Both the position numbers and the translations under genes were made by a program. From positions 1 through 50,368 of the forward strand of contig CAZHLU010000001.1 in assembly GCA_964533435.1 (NCBI GenBank): a DNA stretch of 50,368 nucleotides, written 5' to 3'. The notes below the pieces were generated by a model. The model was not told the origin of the DNA, did no database searches, and saw nothing but the letters and a program-made list of their open reading frames with translations. This document shows, one piece after another, positions 35,025-45,328 of the stretch (within the stretch, counting starts at the first letter, position 1; each line of letters opens with the position of its first letter). This DNA is from an uncultured Gammaproteobacteria bacterium (GTDB lineage: Bacteria > Patescibacteriota > Patescibacteriia > UBA1558 > GWA2-36-10).

Positions 35025-35993
35025 ATGAAAATATATTTAGAAATTTTTAAAAAATTAAAGAGCTCAGACGGTTCCGCGGCCCTAGTGGCTTCAATGATGG
35101 TTTCGGCAGTGGTTTTATCTGTAATATTATCAGTTTTAATTTTAAGTTTAAATGCGCGTGCCGGTGTACAATCTTTTGTTGATTCGGTACAGAGTTTTTA
35201 TGCGGCTGAGGCTGGAGTTGGTGAATCATTATTTCAACTTAGGAAAGAGCCTGATAATTTTTCCTTTGATCAGTTGATAGTTGGACATGTGCCAGTCGAT
35301 AGCCAGTTTGTAGAAGTAGCTGGTACTTGCGATCCGCCAGCGCAGTGTCAATTTTTGCCAAATTCTGGTTGGTGGGGTGAATATTTTAATTATTCTGTTA
35401 GTCATCCTGATATGGAAGTTAATCCTTATCCAGGACCCACTCCTACTCCCACTGAACATGATTGGTATGATGATACCTATAAAACTCATGAACAGATAGA
35501 TGCTAATTTACTTTTGCCAAATAGTATGTGGTTTCCTTATGATGGCACGCAATGGGAAAATAAAGAGGGCTATGCCCATGATTATCATTTTGGTATGCAT
35601 TGGCGTGCTAAAGTAACAGCACCCCTAGAAGGTAATTATAGCTATTCTCTAGCCTCAGATGACGATTCCTGGGTTTTGCACAATGGTATTGTGATTGTAA
35701 ATAATAGTGGTACTCATGCAGCCTTTGTAAAAACTGGTAATATTTATCTGACGGCTGGTGATAATTTGATTGATATCTATTTTGCAGAAAGGCATACAGT
35801 TGAATCTGGATTTAGATTCTTTTTTGATAATAGTAATTTGATTATTACTCCTTGGCCAGAAGGTTGTGGTGAAGATTTTCAATGCAATTCTCATATTGAA
35901 TCAAATGCCAGTACAACTAAAGCAATGCGCAAAGTGCGCTATACTTGTAATCAAGCAATTGAAAATTGTGGCTGGAGCGAACTTATTCCTTAA
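35025..35993 (+). CDS. PilX-like N-terminal anchor protein with PA14 domain
   Basis: Hydrophobic N-terminus. WWGEYFN...WRAKVTAPLEGNYSYSLASDDDSWVL...IYLTAGDNLIDIYFAERH fits the PA14 pattern. Confidence 0.7.
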   Translation: MKIYLEIFKKLKSSDGSAALVASMMVSAVVLSVILSVLILSLNARAGVQSFVDSVQSFYAAEAGVGESLFQLRKEPDNFSFDQLIVGHVPVDSQFVEVAGTCDPPAQCQFLPNSGWWGEYFNYSVSHPDMEVNPYPGPTPTPTEHDWYDDTYKTHEQIDANLLLPNSMWFPYDGTQWENKEGYAHDYHFGMHWRAKVTAPLEGNYSYSLASDDDSWVLHNGIVIVNNSGTHAAFVKTGNIYLTAGDNLIDIYFAERHTVESGFRFFFDNSNLIITPWPEGCGEDFQCNSHIESNASTTKAMRKVRYTCNQAIENCGWSELIP

Positions 35994-36010
35994 ATAAAAT
36001 ATTAAATAAA

Positions 36011-36066
36011 AAACCGTCCATCTCCGCTGTCCGCCAATTGGCGGAGGCGGATGGTGGACGGTTTTT
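36011..36066. terminator. bidirectional G+C-rich palindrome (TCCGCC-N4-GGCGGA family)
   Basis: CCGTCCATCTCCGCTGTCCGCCAATTGGCGGAGGCGGATGGTGGACGG flanked by A-runs and T-runs, between convergent genes. Confidence 0.7.
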
Positions 36067-36076
36067 GTTTACTTGT

Positions 36077-38110
36077 TTATAGCATCATTGAGATTAATAG
36101 CAATGCTACTACGTTTAAAATTTTAATCATGGGGTTAATAGCTGGACCAGCAGTGTCTTTGTAGGGGTCACCAACTGTGTCACCAGTAACAGCTGCTTTA
36201 TGAGCATCTGATCCTTTGCCACCGTGGTTGCCTTTTTCAATATACTTTTTAGCATTGTCCCAAGCGCCACCACCAGAGGTCATAGAAATAGCGACAAATA
36301 AACCAGTAATAATACTACCAACTAAAGTACCGCCTAAAACAGCAAAGCCGTTTGATTTAAAGATAATTACTATTAAGATTGGAATTAAAACAGGGATTAA
36401 AGCAGGTATAATCATTTGTTTAAGAGCACCTTTGGTAACAATATCTACAGCTGAACCGTAATCTGGTTTATCAGTACCAGTCATAATACCTGGTTTTTCT
36501 TTAAATTGACGACGTACTTCTTGGACAATATAGCCAGCAGTTTTGCCAACAGCTTCCATTGATAGGGCACCAAAGATATAAGGTAAAAGAGCGCCGATAA
36601 ATAGGCCAGATAAAACAAAAGGATCATCTAGTCTAAAGATAATATTTTTACCAGCAGTTTCTAGCTCTTGAGTATAGGCTGAAAATAATACTAAAGCAGC
36701 AAGGCCAGCAGAAGCAATGGCATAACCTTTAGTAACAGCTTTGGTTGTATTACCAACGGCATCTAATGGGTCAGTAATATTTCGGACGCTTTCTGGAAGT
36801 CCTGCCATTTCGGCAATACCACCAGCGTTATCAGTGATTGGACCATAGGCATCAATAGTAACAATCACACCAGCCAAAGATAACATGCTCATAGCAGCCA
36901 CAGCAATGCCGTAAAGTCCGGCCCAGTGAAAGGCTAAGATAATACCGGCAACAATGACAATGACTGGCCAAGCAGTTGATTTCATAGAAATAGCGAGTCC
37001 TTGAATGACATTGGTACCATGGCCAGTTTCAGAAGCCTTAGCAATTGATTTTACAGGAGAGTATTTGGTAGAAGTATAATATTCGGTAATCCAAACAATT
37101 AAAGCAGTTACACCAAGACCAACTAAAGCAGCATAAAAAATATTAGTATATTTATAACTGATTAAGTCAGACATTAAAGCTTTAGTTACGAAGTAAAAAC
37201 CAATCATAGCAAATACACCGGCAGCAATTAAACCTTTGTAAAGAGTATTCATTATTAAACCTTTTTTCTCTATTTCTTCTACGTTATGTTTTTTGTCTAG
37301 TTTTATAAAGAATAAACCAAATAAGGAAGCAATAATAGCAACAGCGCCTAGAGCTAGAGGATATTGGATAGCTTTTTCGGTGTGAGGGAAAGTTAGGTAG
37401 CCCAAAAGCATTGCCGCTACTAAAGTAACGGCGTAAGTTTCAAATAAGTCAGCAGCCATACCAGCGCAGTCACCAACATTATCACCAACATTATCAGCAA
37501 TAACAGCTGGGTTTCTTGGATCATCTTCAGGAATACCAGCTTCTACTTTACCGACTAAGTCAGCACCAACATCGGCAGCCTTGGTAAATATACCGCCCCC
37601 CAAGCGAGCAAAGACCGATATTAAACTACCTCCAAAACCTAGACCAACTAAATGTTTAACAGTAATAAAAGGTAGCGCATAGAGTCCAGCAACACCCAAA
37701 AGAGCTAAGCCAACTACAAGCATACCAGTTACTGATCCGCCTAAGACAGCTACTTTTAGAGCAGATTGAATATCTTTTTTTGCAGCTTCAGCAGTGCGAA
37801 CATTAGCACGAACAGAAACATTCATACCAATAATGCCAGCAGCAGCTGAAAGTACAGCGCCAACAATAAAGGAGAAGGCTGTTGCCCAATCAATAGCAAA
37901 ACCTAAGATAATAAATAGAGCAACAGCTAAGTAGGCAATAGTGCGGTATTGACGAGTAATATAAGCTTTAGCGCCAGTTTGAATTGCTTTGGCAATTTCT
38001 TGCATTTTTTCATCGCCACTGGGAAATTTTAATATTTTTTTGATCATCAAAGCCCCAAAAGCAATAGAGATCAAGGCAGCGACAATGGACAAAATTGTGA
38101 TAGTATCCAT
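36077..38110 (-). CDS. hppA: membrane-bound proton/sodium-translocating pyrophosphatase
   Basis: 677 aa, polytopic. [20 protein letters not shown] and DNVGDNVGD motifs. Confidence 0.95.
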   Translation of the reverse strand: MDTITILSIVAALISIAFGALMIKKILKFPSGDEKMQEIAKAIQTGAKAYITRQYRTIAYLAVALFIILGFAIDWATAFSFIVGAVLSAAAGIIGMNVSVRANVRTAEAAKKDIQSALKVAVLGGSVTGMLVVGLALLGVAGLYALPFITVKHLVGLGFGGSLISVFARLGGGIFTKAADVGADLVGKVEAGIPEDDPRNPAVIADNVGDNVGDCAGMAADLFETYAVTLVAAMLLGYLTFPHTEKAIQYPLALGAVAIIASLFGLFFIKLDKKHNVEEIEKKGLIMNTLYKGLIAAGVFAMIGFYFVTKALMSDLISYKYTNIFYAALVGLGVTALIVWITEYYTSTKYSPVKSIAKASETGHGTNVIQGLAISMKSTAWPVIVIVAGIILAFHWAGLYGIAVAAMSMLSLAGVIVTIDAYGPITDNAGGIAEMAGLPESVRNITDPLDAVGNTTKAVTKGYAIASAGLAALVLFSAYTQELETAGKNIIFRLDDPFVLSGLFIGALLPYIFGALSMEAVGKTAGYIVQEVRRQFKEKPGIMTGTDKPDYGSAVDIVTKGALKQMIIPALIPVLIPILIVIIFKSNGFAVLGGTLVGSIITGLFVAISMTSGGGAWDNAKKYIEKGNHGGKGSDAHKAAVTGDTVGDPYKDTAGPAINPMIKILNVVALLLISMML

Positions 38111-38131
38111 ACTTTTTTAAAAATTAATTAA

Positions 38132-39424
38132 TTATTCTGATTTTTTAGTTTTTTTAACTTTAGGAGCAGCTTTTTTCTTTTTGCTATCATTATCTTCAGT
38201 AGTTTCATTTTCAGCTGCTGTATTTATTTCGACCTCTTCATCTTCTTTGCTAATTTCATCTTCATCTTTTTCTTTAGTTTCGGCTTTTTCTTTTTTGCCG
38301 TCACTAGGAATAATATCTATTTTCCAGCCAGTAAGCTTTGCAGCTAGGCGAGCATTTTGTCCACTTTTACCAATAGCTAGTGATAGTTGATCTTCAGCTA
38401 CTTTGACAGTAGCAGCCTTGGCTTCTTCATTGATATTAATAGAAGTAATATTAGCTGGACTTAAAGCGTGGGTGATAAATATTTTTGGATCAGCACTCCA
38501 TTCAATAATATCAATTTTTTCACCACCTAATTCGGAAATAACAGTTTGGACGCGAGCACCGCGTTGGCCAACGCAAGAACCCACTGGATCAATATTGCTT
38601 TCAGAGGAACTGACAGCAATTTTAGAACGAGCACCAGCTTCACGGGCAATTGCTTTTATCTCAACTGTGCCGGCTGCAATTTCAGGAACTTCAGTAGCAA
38701 ATAACTCGCGGACAATATCAGGGTGGGTACGTGATAATACAATTTCTGGTCCTTTATTACCCATACCAACAGCTACTATATAAAAATTTAATCTAGAACC
38801 AATATTGTATTTTTCAAAACGAATTTGTTCTTCGGGTGGTAAGACACCACTAGCTTGTCCTAAGTCCACGATATAGCGACGGCCTTCACTTCTTTGGATG
38901 GTTCCTAAAACTAGTTCGCCTTGCTTGTCTTGGTATTCACTGAAAATATGATCACGTTCAGCTTCGCGTAAACGTTGGATAATTACCTGTTTAGCAGTTT
39001 GAGCGGCCATACGGCCATATTCTTCTGGTACAGGTAATTTTGTTTCGATTACATCGCCAATCTTGTAATCAGGATTAATAGTTCTTGCTTCGGATAGCAT
39101 GATTTCAGAACGAGGATTAAATTTTTTGATAATATCCTCTTCTGCTATTTCAGCGCCAGCTTCTCTGCTTAGACGTTGTTCTTCCCACTGGGCTTCTTGA
39201 GCCTCAATATCAACATCTTCTACTACAGTTTTAACATCAAAAACAGCAGTTTGGCCATTGTCGGCGTTAAAAACTACTTTGATGTTTTGGTTTGGTGTAC
39301 CAAACTCTTTGCGGTAGGCAGCAGCTAGAGCCGCTTCAATTGCTCCAATAACAGCTTCCATAGACAGATTTTTTTCTTGGCAAATCTGCCGGATGGCTGT
39401 TAGGAGGGTATTGTTTTGTGCCAT
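38132..39424 (-). CDS. nusA: transcription termination/antitermination factor NusA
   Basis: N-terminal domain, S1 and two KH domains (GxxG), with an acidic/Lys-rich tail. Confidence 0.9.
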   Translation of the reverse strand: MAQNNTLLTAIRQICQEKNLSMEAVIGAIEAALAAAYRKEFGTPNQNIKVVFNADNGQTAVFDVKTVVEDVDIEAQEAQWEEQRLSREAGAEIAEEDIIKKFNPRSEIMLSEARTINPDYKIGDVIETKLPVPEEYGRMAAQTAKQVIIQRLREAERDHIFSEYQDKQGELVLGTIQRSEGRRYIVDLGQASGVLPPEEQIRFEKYNIGSRLNFYIVAVGMGNKGPEIVLSRTHPDIVRELFATEVPEIAAGTVEIKAIAREAGARSKIAVSSSESNIDPVGSCVGQRGARVQTVISELGGEKIDIIEWSADPKIFITHALSPANITSININEEAKAATVKVAEDQLSLAIGKSGQNARLAAKLTGWKIDIIPSDGKKEKAETKEKDEDEISKEDEEVEINTAAENETTEDNDSKKKKAAPKVKKTKKSE

Positions 39425-39532
39425 GATTTTTTAGCTTAATTAACAATTTATAAAAATAAGCTAGTTTAATAATAAACTAGCTTACAACAATAGTAGTATA
39501 CTCTTTTTGTCAATTTTGGTCAAGGGGGAGCA

Positions 39533-39889
39533 CTAGATCATAAAGCGTTGTAGTTTAGCCTTTTTGCCACTTATTTGTATTGAACAAATTTCAATACTTA
39601 CTAAAAGATTAGGATAATTGTATTTATTTTGAAGCCACTGCCAGGAATTTTCAATTGCTCTAATTTTTTGTTTACTAATGGCTTCTTCGGGTAGTCCTAA
39701 ATACTTGCTGGTACGAGTTTTTACTTCGACAATAATAATGTGATTATTTTTTATTAATAATAAGTCAATCTCGCCATAAGGAGTGTTTAGGTTTTTGCCT
39801 AATAATTCATAGGCTAAATTTTGGTAGTAGGTGCTAGCTAATTTTTCTCCTAGATGACCTAGTTTGTTGTTAGATATTTTTTTAAACAT
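39533..39889 (-). CDS. YraN-family (UPF0102) endonuclease
   Basis: 118 aa with the GEIDLL...VEVKTR motif. Confidence 0.8.
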   Translation of the reverse strand: MFKKISNNKLGHLGEKLASTYYQNLAYELLGKNLNTPYGEIDLLLIKNNHIIIVEVKTRTSKYLGLPEEAISKQKIRAIENSWQWLQNKYNYPNLLVSIEICSIQISGKKAKLQRFMI

Positions 39890-39934
39890 AAAAAAACAGG
39901 TAAGTAAATTAAGCCTGTTTTTTTGTTATAAAAT

Positions 39935-40363
39935 TTATTTTTTACTTTGAGGTAACCATTTATCAAATTCAGCTTTGGCAGCTATTGCAGATTGTTTTTT
40001 AGGTAAATCTTTACGCCAATAAATGATAATAGTTATTAGCCAAGCAAAAATAATTATTAACCAAACGAGCAACAATAAGCGTGAAGCTAAATAAATAGCC
40101 TGAACTTCTCTAAAGAATACTAGTAGTAGACCAACAATACCAGTACTAAAGCCCCAGGCTCTAATTTTTTTAAGTAAGGTTTTTTTAGGGCCTTGGCTAC
40201 TTTTAATTTTACGGTAGCATAATATTGCAAGGATTATGGCTCCCAAAAATATTACTAATAAAATTATGCGCATTGGCCAAGAAAAGCCAACGGGAGCATA
40301 TCTTTGCCAAAGGTAGGACCAATGTAGAAATTGAGTTAAATTCATAATTATTATTTTATGCAC
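39935..40363 (-). CDS. membrane protein, unknown function
   Basis: 142 aa with about 4 TM helices. Confidence 0.5.
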   Translation of the reverse strand: MHKIIIMNLTQFLHWSYLWQRYAPVGFSWPMRIILLVIFLGAIILAILCYRKIKSSQGPKKTLLKKIRAWGFSTGIVGLLLVFFREVQAIYLASRLLLLVWLIIIFAWLITIIIYWRKDLPKKQSAIAAKAEFDKWLPQSKK

Positions 40364-40450
40364 ATATATTAGATAATTAATCAGATAAAGTCAACCCTTT
40401 TTTAAAACTCCCCAAGCAAGGAGAGTTTTAAAGATTTTTATAAAATTAGT

Positions 40451-41032
40451 TTATTTTTTAGTAAATAAGAGTCCAAAGTGATAACGACCAGCATTAAATT
40501 CTTTGGCTAAATTTAAATCTAATTGTTGGCCAATTTCTATTATTTTTTGAGGTTCGATAATAAGTTCAGGAGGTGGCCCAAAACTTAACTCATTTTTTGA
40601 CCAATCAACAACTAAAAGTCGACCGCCACTTTTTAATAATCTAGTAGCTTCGGCTAAGATTTCATAATGTTTTTTTGATTGGTATAAAACATTGACTAAA
40701 ATACTAGCATCAAGCGTGCCTTCGCTTATTTTGGTAGCGCCAACAATTTCTAAATTACTCCAAACAGTTTTGATGTTGTTAAGATTTGCCAGCCTAGCTT
40801 TTGATTCAATTTCAGACAAGATGTTTTTTACTACATCAACAGCATAGACTTGTCCAACATCACCAACTAATCGAGCTGATTCTAATAAAAATAAGCCACC
40901 GCCAGCACCAAGGTCTCCTACCATTTCGCCTCGCTTGAGCTGTAGGATATCTTTTAAAATTTGGCCAGCATCTAGAAGCTCGCTACGTCCAGAATTACTA
41001 GTTTGGCTATTGTTATTTGTGTTATTAGTCAT
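40451..41032 (-). CDS. class I SAM-dependent methyltransferase
   Basis: VGDLGAGGG motif I and LLVVDW motif. Confidence 0.75.
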   Translation of the reverse strand: MTNNTNNNSQTSNSGRSELLDAGQILKDILQLKRGEMVGDLGAGGGLFLLESARLVGDVGQVYAVDVVKNILSEIESKARLANLNNIKTVWSNLEIVGATKISEGTLDASILVNVLYQSKKHYEILAEATRLLKSGGRLLVVDWSKNELSFGPPPELIIEPQKIIEIGQQLDLNLAKEFNAGRYHFGLLFTKK

Positions 41033-41146
41033 ATTTTTTTGTCTAAATATATTATAACAAAAATAGCAGTTTTAGGCTATGGATTTGGTAATTGCCAAGT
41101 AGATATTAAAGCCCTATAATAGGCTAATAAGCCTTAAGATAAATTT

Positions 41147-42946
41147 ATGTGTGGAATAATAGCCTACATTGGACCAAGACCGCTAGCGCCAATACTTTTA
41201 GACGGCTTGGCTAAGTTAGAATATCGTGGTTATGATAGTGCGGGTTTGGCTGTCTTAGATGGTGCTAATTTAAAAACTATCAAACAAATAGGTCGTATCA
41301 AAGAATTATCTCAACATCCAGATATCAAAGATATAGGCTGTGGTTTAGGTATTGCTCATACACGTTGGGCAACACATGGTGAGCCTAGTGAAATAAATGC
41401 TCACCCGCATCTAGATTGTAGTGGTGAAATCGCCATTGTCCATAATGGTATTATTGAAAATTATACAGCGCTTAAGGAGATTTTAGTTCAAGAAGGACAC
41501 ATAATAAAATCAGCAACTGATTCAGAAATTTTAGCTCACTTAATTGAAAAGTTTTATCAAGGCGATTTAAGTATGGCTATTCGTCAAGCTTTAAAATTAG
41601 TAGAAGGAGCTTTTGGTTTGGCTGTAATTAAGAAAAATGAAAATAAAATAATTGTTGCTCGTCGCGGTTCTCCCTTGGTAATTGGCTTAGGGCAAAATGA
41701 AATGTTTGTTGCTTCTGATATTCCGGCAATTTTAAATCATACTAGACAAGTCATTTATTTGCAGGACAATGAAATGGCAGTAGTAACTAGTGACAATTAT
41801 GAAATTACTAATTTAGACGGCGAAATTCTTTCTAGGCAAGTAGAAGATATTAAATGGTCAGTTACGGAGCTTGAGAAAAAAGGCTTTAAGCATTTTATGC
41901 TTAAAGAAATTGTTGAACAAGCAGAGGCTCTTACTAATGTTTTGCGAGGACGTGTCAAGAATGGGCAAATAAAATTATCAGTTAATTTTGAGCCGGATAA
42001 GATTAAGAGAATTATTATTACGGCTTGTGGCACTAGTTGGCATTCGGCTTTAGTTGGTAAATATTATTTAGAAGCTTTAACTCAAATTCCAGTTGAAGTT
42101 GATTATGCTTCCGAATTTCGTTATCGTAATCCTATTTTGGGAGCCCAAGATTTAGTAATTGCAATTTCTCAATCAGGGGAAACAGCCGATACTTTAGCGG
42201 CTATTAAAGAGGCTAAAAATAAACAAGCAAATACTTTGGGTATAGTAAATGTAGTTGGTTCTACCATCACCCGTGAAGTTGGTTCGGGTATTTATTTGCA
42301 TATTGGTCCAGAAATTGGCGTGGCTAGTACCAAAGCTTTTACCGCTCAGGTTTTGACTTTATTATTGTTAGCACTATATTTAAGGCAGCAACTAGGTTGG
42401 CCTTTGCCAGCGCAGATCTTAGAAGAAATAGAAATTTTACCAGGCTTTATTAAGCAGACTTTAGATAGTGATAAATTAACCCAACGTTTAGCTGGTATTT
42501 TTAAAGATGCTAATAATTTTTTATATTTAGGGCGAGGCTTAAATTTTCCAGTTGCTCTAGAGGGTGCTCTAAAGTTAAAAGAAATATCATATATTCATGC
42601 TGAGGGTTATCCGGCTGCTGAAATTAAACATGGACCAATTGCTTTGATAGACAAAAATATGCCCGTAGTTTTTATTGCTACTAAAAATACTCTAACGCAA
42701 AAGATATTAAGCAACATGCAGGAGGTAAAAGCTAGGGGCGGTACCATTATAGCAGTGGTTAACGCTGACCAAGAAGATATTTATAAGGTGGCAGATTATA
42801 CTATTATTGTGCCGACTGTTAGTGAGATGTTGTCTCCTATTGTTAATACTATTCCTTTGCAGCTTTTGGCCTACTATATTGCCGACGGTAGGGGTTTGGA
42901 TGTTGATAAACCAAGAAATTTAGCTAAATCAGTGACGGTCGAGTAG
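41147..42946 (+). CDS. glmS: glutamine--fructose-6-phosphate aminotransferase
   Basis: MCGI N-terminal nucleophile, two SIS domains, C-terminal KSVTVE. Confidence 0.95.
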   Translation: MCGIIAYIGPRPLAPILLDGLAKLEYRGYDSAGLAVLDGANLKTIKQIGRIKELSQHPDIKDIGCGLGIAHTRWATHGEPSEINAHPHLDCSGEIAIVHNGIIENYTALKEILVQEGHIIKSATDSEILAHLIEKFYQGDLSMAIRQALKLVEGAFGLAVIKKNENKIIVARRGSPLVIGLGQNEMFVASDIPAILNHTRQVIYLQDNEMAVVTSDNYEITNLDGEILSRQVEDIKWSVTELEKKGFKHFMLKEIVEQAEALTNVLRGRVKNGQIKLSVNFEPDKIKRIIITACGTSWHSALVGKYYLEALTQIPVEVDYASEFRYRNPILGAQDLVIAISQSGETADTLAAIKEAKNKQANTLGIVNVVGSTITREVGSGIYLHIGPEIGVASTKAFTAQVLTLLLLALYLRQQLGWPLPAQILEEIEILPGFIKQTLDSDKLTQRLAGIFKDANNFLYLGRGLNFPVALEGALKLKEISYIHAEGYPAAEIKHGPIALIDKNMPVVFIATKNTLTQKILSNMQEVKARGGTIIAVVNADQEDIYKVADYTIIVPTVSEMLSPIVNTIPLQLLAYYIADGRGLDVDKPRNLAKSVTVE

Positions 42947-43002
42947 TTATAAACCTTGACTTTTTGGTTTATTTTTGTTATTCTACTTACGTTTTTCGCC
43001 AT

Positions 43003-43077
43003 GGCCCTATCGTCTAATGGTTAGGACACCAGGTTTTCATCCTGGCAATCGGGGTTCGATTCCCCGTGGGGTCACCA
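43003..43077 (+). tRNA. tRNA-Glu (TTC)
   Basis: Acceptor GGCCCTA/TGGGGTC (two G-T pairs), anticodon stem CCAGG/CCTGG, loop TTTTCAT, T-loop TTCGATT, CCA. Confidence 0.85.
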
Positions 43078-43125
43078 AAAAACACCCAAAGTAAATTTGA
43101 GTGTTTTTTGTTTGTTTAAAGTTTA

Positions 43126-44538
43126 TTAATTTTTAGCTTGTTTATATTCTGGACTTTCTTTCCAAATTTTCCAAGGCACAGATGAGTTAATAACTCTAGT
43201 ATTGCCTTTGACAGCTAGTCTAATATCTTCAACTGGGTAACCACCAAAGACATAGGCATTAACTAATAAATTCCAATTTTGAGGAATAGATTTACGATAT
43301 GGTAACCAAGCAAATAATTGTTTGGCAGTTTTGGTTTCCATACTTCTTTTGTTAACCAAGGCCTTTTGAATTTGGATTAAAGTTCGGCCATAGCCTAAGG
43401 GGTTAAAATTATTATCAATTTCTTGTTTGTCATAAAAACCATCGCCATCGCTATCAGCTGAAATTGGGTTAGTGCCATAGGCTGATTCTTGATTATCAGT
43501 TAGGCCATCATTATCACTATCAAGCCTAGCCGCAGCTTGAGTTTTGATTATTTTTTCGCCTAAGATTATTTTTTGAAGTTCAGCTTGACTTAGCGGTTTA
43601 GTAATAAAGTTTTTTTCTTCAGTAACTACATATTGGTAATAAAGAGTGTCGTATAATTCGATTTTATAATAATAATTAGTATTAGCTTGTAGATCGGTTA
43701 AGGTTATTTGATGATTTAAACTAGCCTGTGGGCTAACATTTAGTCTAGTATAAAGTTGGCCAGGATTTAGACCATAATAAATATTAGCTTTGGCCACTAA
43801 GTTGGTTTTCCAACTAATAGTTATTTGATTAGACTTGATCAAGTCACTAGTGATACTTATAGGTTGTAATTCAGTGATATTAATTGTAGGGTTAACATTA
43901 GGGTTGGGATTACGTAAAGTATTAAAAGCAGCACTAGCAGTTCTATGGCCACCAGTTTCACTTTCAGCGTCAATAACTATAGTATAGTGTTGTTCGGGTA
44001 ACAAATAATAAATATAAAGATTTTGTTCAGTAGCATAACTCCAAACATTAGCTACTTGCTCGCTACCACCATTATAGTAGTAAGTTATTTTAGCTCTAGT
44101 GGCTATATCAGTAGACCAAGTAATGGCTACAGCGTTATTAGTAACTTGTCTAATAGTTATTTGAGGCACGCTTGGTATTTTTACAGTTTCAGTCATTTCG
44201 CCAGTATTAAAATTTTGTACAAAAGATTCCGAGCGTTGACCGCTGGCATTAATGGCAACTATTTTATAGTAGTAAGTAGTTCTTTTAGCTAAACCAGTAA
44301 TAGTAGTGGCGTGTATTGTTTCTACAGCCATGTGATCAACTACTTGGTTTAGATTATTTATACTAGTACCATAATAAACTAAGCCACGACTTGGTTCAGA
44401 GCTGTGCCAGTTGATTTTGGCGCTACTATTTTGAATATTAGAAACACTAATAAAATCAATACTAAGTTGAGCCTGCGCTGGCAGGGCTAAACAAAAAATA
44501 AACAGTATTAAAGCCTTAATTGTTAGCTTTTTTAACAT
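43126..44538 (-). CDS. secreted protein with FN3-like repeats and TSP3-type calcium-binding repeats
   Basis: Signal peptide. Three or four repeats of the INWHS..A.I.YG...YYYKI type. DSDNDGLTDNQE...DSDGDGFYDKQE. Confidence 0.6.
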   Translation of the reverse strand: MLKKLTIKALILFIFCLALPAQAQLSIDFISVSNIQNSSAKINWHSSEPSRGLVYYGTSINNLNQVVDHMAVETIHATTITGLAKRTTYYYKIVAINASGQRSESFVQNFNTGEMTETVKIPSVPQITIRQVTNNAVAITWSTDIATRAKITYYYNGGSEQVANVWSYATEQNLYIYYLLPEQHYTIVIDAESETGGHRTASAAFNTLRNPNPNVNPTINITELQPISITSDLIKSNQITISWKTNLVAKANIYYGLNPGQLYTRLNVSPQASLNHQITLTDLQANTNYYYKIELYDTLYYQYVVTEEKNFITKPLSQAELQKIILGEKIIKTQAAARLDSDNDGLTDNQESAYGTNPISADSDGDGFYDKQEIDNNFNPLGYGRTLIQIQKALVNKRSMETKTAKQLFAWLPYRKSIPQNWNLLVNAYVFGGYPVEDIRLAVKGNTRVINSSVPWKIWKESPEYKQAKN

Positions 44539-44597
44539 ATTTTTAATTAATATGATATTATTACATAAAATTAAACATTTGTCAATACTGATTGGTT

Positions 44598-45254
44598 TTA
44601 TAAGCTAGCCTTTAAGTAGTAAATATCTTTGTTTTGTTTACGGTAGATATTTTCATAAGTAGTGGTAATTTTGAGCTTGGTTTCGGTATTTTCATCTAGG
44701 TTTATAGAATTAGCTGTTAAAATTTTTCCACCCTGCTCTTTAATACTTTCTTGAGAATAAACAAATAAATTATAGTTATCAGTTTTTAAATTAATAAGCC
44801 CATTAACGCTTAGAATATTTTTGTAAATTTTTAAAAAACGTGGACTACTTAAACGTTTTTTAATTTTTCCTTTTTTGCTTTGCGGGTCAGGAAAAGTAAG
44901 CCAAATTTCTTTGATGCTATGCTTTGGAAGAAATGCAGCTATATTTTCTACAGGCATTCTTAAAAACAAGACATTATCAAGCCTTTTGTTTAAAGCTTCG
45001 CTAGCACCATGCCATAAACGTTCACCTTGAATATCAATGCCAATAAATTTTTCTTGCGGGTATTCTTGAGCCAGGGCTAGAGTATATTCAGCTTTGCCAC
45101 AACCAAGTTCTAAGGTAATTTTTTTATTATGGCCAAAAAAATTAGCTAATTTATTTTTTAAATTAGGGTCGTTTATTTCAATAACATTATCTAAGTGATG
45201 TAAGGCTTCTATTTTTTGTAGTTTTTTACGAGGCATATTTTTATCATAAAACAA
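44598..45254 (-). CDS. trmB: tRNA (guanine-N7)-methyltransferase
   Basis: LELGCGKAEY SAM motif with TrmB-like length and pattern. Confidence 0.8.
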   Translation of the reverse strand: MFYDKNMPRKKLQKIEALHHLDNVIEINDPNLKNKLANFFGHNKKITLELGCGKAEYTLALAQEYPQEKFIGIDIQGERLWHGASEALNKRLDNVLFLRMPVENIAAFLPKHSIKEIWLTFPDPQSKKGKIKKRLSSPRFLKIYKNILSVNGLINLKTDNYNLFVYSQESIKEQGGKILTANSINLDENTETKLKITTTYENIYRKQNKDIYYLKASL

Positions 45255-45328
45255 AAATTAGCTGATGTATAGGCCAATTGACAAGACAGTCATTTTTAAT
45301 TAAAGTATATTACTGATATAATACATAA

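Noticed and set aside
41033-41146. glmS ribozyme in the glmS leader.
   Set aside because: The leader is only ~113 nt, AT-rich and lacks the conserved glmS ribozyme core.
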